Positions 37,206 to 48,150 of a stretch of DNA of 64,000 bases are shown here, piece after piece. The notes below the pieces were generated by a model that did not search any database, had not been told where the DNA came from, and saw only the letters and a list, made by a program, of their open reading frames with translations. Position 1 is the stretch's first letter, and the number at the start of each line of letters is the position of its first letter. Both the position numbers and the translations under genes were made by a program. Source of the DNA: Callorhinchus milii (taxonomy: Eukaryota); the NCBI RefSeq assembly GCF_018977255.1, contig NW_024704742.1:7628001-7692000 (forward strand), written 5' to 3'.

Positions 37206-37514
37206 ATTGACGACCCTTTCACTTTAAAACAGAGGACACTTTGAACTCTCTAATCTCTTCTTCTGCTTAAAGACATGATTTATGTTGGGATAAGGTTCAT
37301 CAGACACTGACCGCCCTCCGATACTTCGAACAATTGGCAATTCTTCATGTTTAAGCTACACAATAAGTGTTCAGCAAGTTATTAACCTTGAAGGGCATCG
37401 CAGCCTTTCAGGCGAGATTGTAGCCTGTGTGGCATAGAATGGCGTGTGGCAGAGCCGGCTCGAGTGGCTGAACAGCCTCCACCCGGTGCTCAATTTACTA
37501 TCAGAAGAATGATA

Positions 37515-37658
37515 CTGCCGTGTGCAATTCGCTGTTGTGTTTCGCCCACAAAACATAGTCAATTCACTTTGCAGTATATTCCATGAAGCGCTTTGAGACG
37601 TCTCGAAGACGTGATACGTCGCTGTAGAAAACGCAAGGATCGTTATTTATTATTATCA
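37515..37658 (+). mobile_element. SINE 3' tail fragment in intron 4
   Basis: gtttcgcccacaaaacatagtcaattcactttgcag...gagacgtctcgaagacgtgata. Confidence 0.8.
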
Positions 37659-37784
37659 TAAACTCCGATGGAGTCCTTGAAATCTGGTTGAGAAATATTG
37701 CAAAATTTGCCCATGCATTTTGAAGTTATAGGATTGTCTGAAGGATTTAGAAATAAGGTTCATGGGTTACTAAAGCATGCTCAC

Positions 37785-37940
37785 TTGTGCAGGCCATGAC
37801 AGGTGGATCATTGTCTCTTCTGAAGTAGCTTTCCACACACCGACACGAAACGGATCCCTCTTTGTGGGTATAGCTGTAAGGAGGACATTTGCTGCAGGAA
37901 GGGCTGTACGGTGAGGCCTTGAAGAATCCTGGTTTACAAA
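37785..37940 (-). CDS. EPHA5: EphA5 coding exon 4 (Cys-rich/EGF-like region), 156 bp, phase 1-1
   Basis: Hand translation of the minus strand gives (V)CKPGFFKASPYSPSCSKCPPYSYTHKEGSVSCRCVESYFRRDNDPPVMACT(R), the EphA Cys-rich exon. Acceptor ...atttctgcAG at 37942-37941; donor GTgagc at 37784. The final A joins GG of the next exon to give R-PPSAP. Confidence 0.93.
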
Positions 37941-38074
37941 CTGCAGAAATAAAAGTAAGAGCATTTAAAATAACCGCAATATATCACCATCTGAACAAAA
38001 CATCCAGTGTTGCCATTTATACAACCATAACCTCCTAGAGATTTAAATTACAATATATTTTGCAGCTCCTGTAA

Positions 38075-38300
38075 TACGATACAAAATGACATTTGTACAG
38101 CGCCTTTCCTGTCGGAAGGACGTCCCAAGGCTCTGGACAGTCAGGGATTTGGACCCGAGCAGGAGGGTCGGTATCAGGGAGGGTGGAGGGCAGGGAGGGT
38201 AGGAGGGTGGCCAAAGCCACGGTCGAAGAGGAGGGACTTGAAACATGCCTTGAAGGAAGCAAGAGAGGGAGCGAGGTGAAGAGAATGCGGGATGGAGTTC
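38075..38300 (-). mobile_element. L2 LINE 3' end
   Basis: Collinear with 6252-6520. Confidence 0.8.
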
Positions 38301-40381
38301 AATTTGTAATTACATTTACAGATCTATTCCATAATGCTCATCAAAAGTGTTTAGCATAGACAAAGTAATTCCACAGAGGTTAATAGAGTGGGGCACTCAA
38401 CAATTACTACTGTAACAGGATGGCTATATACACGCATTTCACTTGCGCAAATCCAGGACTGAAGCCAAATAAAAGTAAATAGGCAGAAACTAGCTGCTGA
38501 TTGGCATTTCTCAGGCTCCTGTATTTTTATTTGGCTTCAGAGGCAAGACAGACAGATACCAAGATAAAGGTAGCATCAATTGGGAGGATCTCCACTTAAG
38601 TGCCAAACTTCGCAGGTATCATTAAATTCACCATTTACATGTACTGTTGGAATGCCTCCAAATTGCCTTCCGATCACCTCCCATTTGCCTACAATACAAT
38701 TTGCATCTACAGCGTGTAGCCCTCTTCATAATCATACAGTCACTACACTTCGCAGTAAAAAGCCTGTGAATGCTTTGAGACGTCTTGAATCTGGAACAAC
38801 CCGGATAAAATTAAGAAGTAGCGTTACCTAACTCAACCACTTTATGTTGAATTACTTTTTACACTTGAAGCCTTGTTTTGGTACAAGATAACAAAGATGA
38901 CACATTTTCTTGTCAGCTCTTGCCGCATTATTCACACCTCCCACCACTCAGTGAGCACAATATTTAACACACACTGAACAGGAAGCTGTGCCAGGATTGA
39001 GAGGTATAACTGGGGAATGTTTCTGCTAATTTGATAAAATAGAACCTTCATAGAGGGTGTACATTATAAACATTATTGGGAAAACTCACGGCAGTGTAAA
39101 TCTGCCAATTAACATAAATTCCGTATGTTCAACTTATATTGTGAAACATCTTATAATAAAATTCCACTACCTGGATCCCTTAAAGCATCTATTATCAGAA
39201 TATTTGCCCACAATGTGAGTGAAAAATGAGTCCTGTATTGAGCTGCAATCCCTCCTGCTTAAATCTGTCTGTGTAATGGATTGAATAGCATGCCGTCTGT
39301 CTGCAGAGAAGGCAGGCACCTTTCACAACAAAGATTAACAGCATTATGCCAGAAAGTGCCTGTGTGACAAATTCGGCACTCAGTAAAAGCCAAAACATTA
39401 GGTGCAGGCAGGGTGAATGCTGGCTGTGTGGGTTAGCAATCATTACATTAGACGCCCCGTCTTTGTTGAAATTGATTTTGAACAGAAGAAAAATTGTTAA
39501 GCTAATGACAAATCCGATATAGTCTGTTGTGACGGTTTATTTAAATCGAAACAGTACCTGCCTACACATTTTCGCTGCTTCTGTGTTCAAATAAAGTTAA
39601 TCTGAAAGGAGCTTTTCACCTATTAAAGCAGAGAGATGATGATCAGTCTCTGTGGTGTCGAGTGATCCAGTTTTTCATTAGCCAATCTAAATTGCTTCTC
39701 CTGCGTACACTAGCACAAGGAAAACTAATTTATATTGACCAAGTCAGTTATGAACCATCTCCTGAGTGTACTTACAATGAATGGACCCACGTTGGCCTGA
39801 AGGGTACACTGTCAAAACCAACTCAAATCAATAGTAACTCATTTGAAAAAAGGAGAGAGAGCCTGGAATACGGCTTGATGGCTTTCAAATCAGTTTTTGA
39901 AAAAAAAAGGAAATAAAATGATCTTTTGTCCCCTGCCTCGTCTTATAGGGTGACTCTACATCTTGAAATAAGCCGCAGTATTTCAAAAAGTGACCTGTGG
40001 CTTGCAAATCATTTCTCTGTCTCATTATTCCTTAATTATAATTCTATGGGGAGAATGAATGTCTATATTAAATTTAATGTCAGTAACATGTATAACTATA
40101 AGAGATATTGTATTTTGATGAGTTACCAAATTAGAAATAGCTAAGCCATTTTGGGATCATTCCTGAGGTCATTTATTCAGACCTCATTTATTTTATACCA
40201 GGGAGTCACTGGCAATGCTCCACAGTTCATGGTTAATCTGTCAGCATCGTCTTTGGCTTTGCAGCACCTTTCCCGTGATCCAGCTTATTTGTCAAACAGG
40301 CTAATGGGCATGTGTCTACCAACTGCACTACTGAAGGTCTAGAAATACAGAAATAAACGTAGAAAGTTACAAGCTTTCTGT

Positions 40382-40696
40382 GGAGTCCTGTAGTTCAGTG
40401 GTTAGAGCACTCGCTTTGCAAGCGAGACACCTGGGTTCAATTCCAGACAGGGCGAAACCTTGGGCAAGTTTCCTTACTGCACACGCCTAATAATAATCCC
40501 TCCAAAACAAAACGATAATAAATTGGTCATTTTCAATCCACGACTGTTTGTGGGACGCTGCTGTGCACAATTGGCTGCCGCGTTTCGCCCAAAAATATAC
40601 GGTCAATTCACTTTACAGTCATTCTGTGAAGCGCTTTGAGATGTCGAGAATACGTGAAAAGCGCTATATCAAATGCAAGGATTATTATTATTATTA
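40382..40696 (+). mobile_element. SINE B subfamily, full length
   Basis: ggagtcctgtagttcagtggttagagcactcgctttgcaagcgag...(att)n. Confidence 0.92.
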
Positions 40697-41604
40697 AGCG
40701 CAGGTGCAATTGGTGCTCTATAAGAAGAACAAACTTATGGTGCCTGTTGTCAGTGTCTCCAAATCCTTCCCACTACAACAACAACAACTTGGATTTATAT
40801 AGCCCCTTCACATCGGATAACATCTCAAAGAGTGCTTCAATGTGGTGAAATTGGACCTGAGCTAGGAAAAGAATGTGGGGAGGATGAGTGGGGAGGTGGA
40901 GTCATAGGTGCGGTCTAAGAGGTAGTTTTAAGGTAGAATTTTAAGACAGATAAAGAAGGGCAAAGCCCCTCTAATGACCGTCAAACATGGCGACTGCTTT
41001 TTGTAGGCAAAGGCAGCAGTCGTTTTGCGAGGGACAAACTCCCACAAACAGCCATGAGATGAATCAGCAGTTTATCTGGAGGATTGTTGGACATGATAGG
41101 AAATTCACAGCGCAACATCAACAATATATTTTAAAAAATGGTTTGCGCGGCAAACTGGTCACACGTTCCCAACAACTCCTGCCGGGGAATCCTTATCCTG
41201 TCATCTGAACCTGCAAAGTCCAGGGTAGCTCTGAGTGAAACCTCATGGACATTCTAATTAATGAAAATCATAATTCTATGAATAAGAAACAGGAACAAGC
41301 TAGACAGCACTGCGATCAGAAGGTCATATTAACCTCAACCTGCAGTACGGTAACTCCTTGTTAAAGATATCCAGTAAAAAGACAATCGAATGTAATCCAG
41401 CCAACCTAAAATCCAGCCAAAATAACTGTAATGTTTTAACAAAGCCCATTCACACCCGCAAGAATCAATTGTCTCTTTGAGGGTATTCTACTCAATTAAT
41501 GTGAGTGTGGCAGGGGGAGGGGGTTGGGGCGTGCAAGGAAGGAGGGGATAACAGGAGGATTTCCAGTCTGTCCATTGTTTAAATGTGAATATCACATCTA
41601 ACGC

Positions 41605-42110
41605 GTTTTGAGATGTCACATCTTCGAGACGTCTCAAAGCGCTTCACAGAATACACTGTAAAGTGAATTGACTGTATATTTTGTGGGCGAAACGCAGCAG
41701 CCAATTTCGCACAGCAATGTCCCACAAACAGTCGTGGATTGATTGACCACATTATTATTTTTGAAGGGATTATTACTCCCTTGGTAATAACCTGGGTAGT
41801 AGTCTTGGTTGGAACCTAGAGGAGAAGCACTGGGAAATATTTGTGTACATGAAGGGTAATTCAAGCAGTAATGCAGGGTTTGTGGCAGCTTTGAGATCCT
41901 TGAACAAGAATGAATGAAAGACAATATGATGAGCACTGATCTGAAAGCAGCAAAGATTCGAGGAGGAATAGGGCATGTGGGATGGCAGATGAGGTATTTG
42001 GGAAGGAATCAGAGGAAAGTTCAGAGCAGCAAATAACTGGCAAGGATGCAAACAAGAGAGATTGTAGGCTACAGGTAAAGAGAAGAGTCACCTATCAGAT
42101 CTGAAGTCCA
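41605..42110 (-). mobile_element. SINE 3' half (~41605-41780) adjoining an old L2-like fragment
   Basis: SINE tail consensus, then decayed L2-type sequence (gaggaggaatagggcatgtgggatgg). Confidence 0.6.
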
Positions 42111-42862
42111 AATCTATGTGGTCATCAACAGTTAAAGGAGAAATCCTGACTGAGATGTACTATCTAATGACAAAAAAATACATGGAACGTAAACTCTTTG
42201 GGCAATATTTCTATCACATCTGCTTAACAGATCATATCCCTTCCAAAACATACCTGATAACCGTTCGCCGCAGCTGTTTGTTATGCTTTTGGTTTAACAG
42301 GAAATTCCCTGGGCTGCGGTTTTCACAAAGAAGATATCACTGCATTACTTATTCAGAGCTATATCTGCTGGAGCAGATGCAGAAGTATTTCTTGATTGAG
42401 TTTTTCTTAAGAGAGATACAGAATCTGTGGCAAAACTGATAATTCAAAGCCCTCGGCTGGTGCGAGTGCTGAGGCATAGGAATGAAGATGCCATCAAATT
42501 GATTTAAAAGCAGATAGTTGAGCAGTGCTCAATGGCAAGCTAAGCAGTTTTAGGTGGTTAAACTTCAGCAGTATCCAAACATAAACTCTGGGCTCCCCCA
42601 AGCCTTGACCCTGGCCAACCTGTGCCTAATAATTCACTGGAAACATTCCAGAAACAGGTACATTTCCAAGTGTAGGTGGCAGACACATGAGGAACTCTCA
42701 GACTGTTTCGGTTTGGATTACTCTTAACCTTGGCGATGGCTGACCAAAAAAAAAAATGATTGTGGAACTGTATTGCATAGGAAAATACGGAAGTAAGAGT
42801 AGAGTGCTTTACCAAAAAAAAAGCATCAATTTCAAGCAGCTTCAGTCATTTATACTTGGAAG

Positions 42863-43000
42863 ATAATAATAATAATAATAATCTTTGCATTTGATATAGC
42901 GCTTTTCACGTCGGGAGGACGTCCCAAAGCGCTGCACAGAACACACTGTAAAGTGAATTGACTGTACATTTGTGGGCGAACGCGGCAGCCAATTGCGCTG
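42863..43000 (-). mobile_element. SINE C-subfamily 3' tail (5'-truncated)
   Basis: Diagnostic cacgtcgggaggacgtcccaaagcgc...agaacacactg. Confidence 0.85.
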
Positions 43001-44123
43001 ACATGAAGTGATGCTCAGACCCAATAAAGAAGCAGTGATTCGAGTGCAGCATGTTCAATTCTAAACACCGTGCCAACTTCTGTTTCTCACTGACACATTC
43101 AATGTGTAGAGGCAAATCCAGCAGCTTCCTACACGCCAGCAGTTTTGATGACAAAAAGTATCAGTAGCTCAACCTTAACATGCTCCCAGTAAACCGGAAC
43201 AGACCTTCAACTCACAGGAACACAACCTGATTTGTGTGCCTCCAGAGCTGCTATCCAAACAAGTCTTCCTAAACACTGGCACGCAGTCGAAAACAACATG
43301 CATTCATGATCTGTCACCACTAAGTTAAATAAACATAATAAAAATGATTTAAAGCCGCCAATAAATTGTCAACTTAAAAAGAAAATATTTCCAAATGAAA
43401 CAAGTATTTACGTGCGAAGCCGCCACAAACTCATTTGATCTTCAGTCAGTGGGCTGCTCAAAATACACTTGCGTGGAAACATAGTTAAAACTCTGATTAA
43501 ACAGCAATTTATTAAACAACAAACATGAAAATGACTAAACGTCAATTGTACTCCAAAGATAAATAAATCAGGGAAATTGCCAATCATTCTTGCAGAGCCT
43601 CATTTTTTATTTGACTTTGTCAGTAATTATTTTAACCTTTAGTATCTTGGAATAGTGCTATTTCACTTGTTCCTCTCCCAAAATATTCATTGGACAGTTC
43701 AGTACTGAAAATGTAGTGAGGTTTATTAATCCCACGTTGGACACAGAGCGGCTTGCAAGCACAACAGCTGAAATAGTCAAATACTTTTGAGGTTATATTT
43801 TAAAACGGACTTCTTCTGAAAACCACAGGAAAGTTGAGTTATGGCCAAAGCTTGACGGACAATGCGTATTTGACTTGTGGACGGGGAACAGTGCAATGTT
43901 GAAACAGAGCAAATGGTTGCAGCCACGGCAGTACACCTCACTTCAAATACTATTAAATGTACACATCTTCCACTAAAACACACATTCTGAGCATTGTTCG
44001 GCGTCCAAATTAATGAATATATAATATTTGCACACTGTCAAACTGTCTCCACAGTGTTTAATATAATATGGAGTAGGATCTCATCATAAGCTTTCTACTA
44101 AAATACCATCTTTGTAATGATAA

Positions 44124-44366
44124 TGAATTGACAGTATATTTGTGGGTGAAACGGCAGCATCCAATTGCGCACAGCAGTGTCCCACAAACAGTTGTGGATT
44201 GAGTGACCAAATTATTATTTTATTTTTTTATTTTTTTCTTGAGGGATTATTATCAGGCGTGTGGAGTAAGGAAACTTGCCCAAGGTTTCACCCTGACCTG
44301 CTGGGAATCGCACCCAGGTCTCTCGCTCGCGAGGTGAGTGCTCTAACCACTGAGCTTCAGGACTCC
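44124..44366 (-). mobile_element. SINE B subfamily lacking terminal tail
   Basis: Head and B junction present. Confidence 0.85.
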
Positions 44367-44657
44367 CCGTAATTACAAAGCTTTGAAAATGTCAATCAAG
44401 CAGACTATTTAAGAAAGTAAAAATGTTATAATATCAAGTGAGACTAGAGAACAGTTTACATTTCCAAACAGAATAGTGGCTGTGTAAAGGAGAATGCCAG
44501 ACAGAGCAGCTTATCCTGTGTTGAGTAATTCAGTCAATGAGGGACTGGACAAATATTTGGTTAAGAACAGGATTGAGGGTTATACCATAATGATAAACGT
44601 GGACTGAGGTGATCAAATATTGCATAGTGCAGGATGGTTCCTATGGAGCTAGACAAG

Positions 44658-44682
44658 AAGAGAGAGAGAGTGTGCAATCTGT

Positions 44683-44713
<31 letters not shown>
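44658..44713. repeat. (GA)n microsatellite with repeated gtgcaatctgtgg spacer
   Basis: Direct reading; gtgcaatctgtgg recurs at ~44734. Confidence 0.85.
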
Positions 44714-44715
<2 letters not shown>

Positions 44716-44825
44716 TAATTTGTAAAAGAGAAAGTGCAATCTGTGGAAGGCAATTGATTCAGACTGAACAGTGGGATGGAGAGAGATTCTGGTGTGCAGC
44801 TTGTTATGGGAATTCTCATAATCCC

Positions 44826-44985
44826 TTACTGTTTGTGGGATGCCGCTGTGCGCAATTGGTCACCATGGTTCGCCCACCAAATACACAGTCAATTCCCTTT
44901 ACAGTATATTCTATGAAATGCTTCGAGACGTCTTGACGATGTGATAAGGCGTCTTATCAAATACAAGGATTATTATTATTATAAT
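44826..44985 (+). mobile_element. SINE 3' half
   Basis: ctgtttgtgggatgccgctgtgcgcaattgg...aaggattattatt. Confidence 0.82.
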
Positions 44986-47721
44986 TTAATGTTCTAACCA
45001 TAAACTAGTCTGTAAAATCACACTCGTGGTTTACTTCTACTGTATCAATTGCTGGTAGTGCACAAAGGCAGAGACAATGTGAAAGTTGAATTTGATTGCA
45101 CAAGATGGCCAAAGATCTCCGAGCAGTCAGTTGTGGATGTTTCTGACGCAGGGACCAGGACATCAGCCCAGAGCATTCTGCTCTGCCTGATCCCAATAAA
45201 ATTCTACAGACCCGTTTTCCAGGGAAATACCTTTGTAGTGGCAAATGAAAACCGTTCTGAAATGCTTTAAGAAACCCCATCAAAGTACGAATGTTACTTT
45301 AAGGATTGCTTGAAAGACCCTAACTCGCATTGTACAATTAATTGCGGTATTGCATCTGGGACATCCAGCCAGTGGCTGTGAACCTCAAACACTTGTTCTT
45401 TTACATCAGGATTTGAAAGCTCCGTGGGAAGTGTTTAAGATTTGGGCTGTACAAGCTCAGTGAATGTTACAGCCCACACAGAGCTCGGACACCTCTCACA
45501 GACACCACGCAGGGTTTTTTGAGCCTGAAAACAGAATACCATGCCTGTAAATCACCAGCAATAGAAGGCGGTTAGACAAGGATCTGACTGAAGCCCTCAG
45601 TTGCCATTTTAGTACTCTACGGGTAAATCACTTCCTGTGTTCATTGCAACAACACAAAGAAATCTAAAAATATCAAAGTTGACTATCTGAATGCTGGAGA
45701 GGAAGTTAAAGCACACACACAAACACACGCACACGCTTCATAAAGATTGGTTGGTTCGAACGAAAGCTTTTCCTTCTGTTGTCCTTGAACCTCAGGTCAG
45801 CTCAGTGAATCAGATTTCACGTCCGCTAAAAACAAGCGGTTACAAAAGTTAAAGGGTGTCCTAGCAACGTTTCAGCAGATATCTTTGAACATCGAGTGAA
45901 TTTTACTCCTAGAAATCTGGAAATAAAAGCTATAATTCAATGCTGTCATTTCTGGTGACACCTCAGCATTATCTGAAGATGTGAGCATTGCGAGCAGGCT
46001 TACCACGACTAAGTTAAAAATCTGTTTATTGCATCTAAAAGTTGTATGGTTTCTTCAAATGATGCCTCGGAATTGCTGAATAAACAGAAGATTTGATAAC
46101 TAAATCAAATCACTAAATCACTTCCTTCCTCGTGGTGTGTTTAACAGCCACCAGCACCGCAACAATAGTGACTTAAATGCTTTAGCGAATTCTCGTAATC
46201 ATTTGTAGGAACGTAGAGGAACATAGAAAAGCAGGAACAAGAGCCAGCCATTCTGGTCATCATCAACAACACCTTGAACTGATACACCGCCTTTGACGTA
46301 GGATAGCATCGCAGAGGCTGCACAGTGGCAAGACTAGACGCTCAGCAAGGGAAAAGCCTCTTTCATCAGTTATTTGATCGTGGCAAAGCTTTTAATTCCA
46401 ATGTCCTGCCTTCTCGCCTTACCCCTTAATACCTCTACTACTCACATAGTTGTTTGTTTCTCTGTTAAATATACAATCAATTCACTTTACAGTATATTCT
46501 GTGAAGCGCTTTGAGACATGATAAGGTGCTATATCAAATGCAAGGATTATTATCATTATTATTACCAAACATCCCCATTGATTCCACTTCCATAGTGTTC
46601 CAGGGTAGAGCCTCCCACAACCCCCTGTGAAGAAATTCTCCAAGATTTTTAACTCACTTCTAACTGTCTTGGCTCAGAGTTTGAGCTCTGTCTCATTGTG
46701 ATAAATCCCTCTGACATTGGGAAGTCATCCACAGCATTTTACAAACACTAACTCATTCTCTTTCTTGCTTACACTAACTATGACGACATTCCTCATTATA
46801 TAATAGTTTGCAGTTGTTAAAATACTGTTAGTCTTAGATCACTAAAATGTGAAATTCTAGCATAACACCTGAGCAATCCTGAAATATAATTTATTAACTT
46901 ATTATTGTGAACTTGTTTTGACAGCAGTCAGGGAGGAAATTTGTCTGATTGCCCTGTGTTTACACATCACGCACCAAAAGGTCTGGCAAACCAAAAGACC
47001 TGATCCCCCTTCAATCTATCTGTGTGTTCAAATTAGATTCCCACAGCAATTTCAGACTTTGAAATTGTCTCTCATTTGGATTTTCCCATTGACTGAAGTA
47101 GTTCAATGGGAAATCCAATTAATCCAGTCGCTCCTTCAAAGGGAAAACAAGTTTGCCTCATTTGTTAGAAAAATATGTTTACGTCTATCTTTCAAGACTC
47201 AGCATCTAGTACATCATCTTTCAGTTTGCTGCCACCAGCAATTACGTGGAAACCATGTCTGGGTTCAGGATGGACACATCTCAGAATGAACCCTATGGAA
47301 TAAGTTACCAGGAACAGAGGGTGAGGTGAGGAGACGGGCTCATTTAAGAAACATTGTGATGCCGTGATGATAGGAAAGCATGGTGGGTATTATGGAAGGA
47401 AGAGATTAAATAGTCCTAAGAGAGTTCTTCAACTGGACCTTGCTTGCAATCTTGTGCATGTTAGGAGCTCTGGTTTGTTGCATTATATAATAAGGAGCTG
47501 CTTGGAGGCTGAATTAATCCGAGGAGGAGAGACAGTAAAAATCCCACTCTTAATCTAAGTAAAACCTCCAAATCAGTTCCATGATGACATTGTCAGATCT
47601 CTGGGAAGATTGGCTTCTCTTCAAGTTAGATTTTAAAGCAACCAGAAATTCAGCAATTTGCTTAAATTAAAAAGTCAACATTTGGCTTTATTTGTTGTAC
47701 TGTTCAAGGTGCGGATTAATA

Positions 47722-48150
47722 ACAGTCGTGTGAGTATCAGCAGCAATTCTCACTTTTGAGTAAGAAGATTGTGAGTTGAAGTCCCATGTCAGGACTTTAA
47801 ACTCACATAGTTGGCCTCTCCAATGCAGTGCTGGGGGAGTGCTGCATTGTTGGAGGTGCTGTCCTTCGGATGAGGCATTAAAACGATGTCCCATCGGCCT
47901 GTTCGTGTGGATGTTAAAGACCCTATGGCACTATCGAAAACAGAAAAGGAGTTTCTCCTGGTGTCCTGACCAACAATCCTCCAGATAAAATCAATCACTC
48001 ACTTCATGGCTGAATGTGAGACATTGCTATGCACAAATTGGCTGCCGTATAAAAAAAAACAGTTGCCACACTTCACTGTAATCCCTGTGATGATCATTGA
48101 GATGTCCTCCCGACATGAGACATTATATCAAATCCAAATAAATATTATCG
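47722..48150 (+). mobile_element. Deu-domain SINE, full length, old
   Basis: gcagtgctgggggagtgctgcattgttggaggtgctgtccttcggatgaggcattaaaacg...ggatgttaaagaccctatggcactat...tctcctggtgtcctgaccaaca. Confidence 0.85.
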
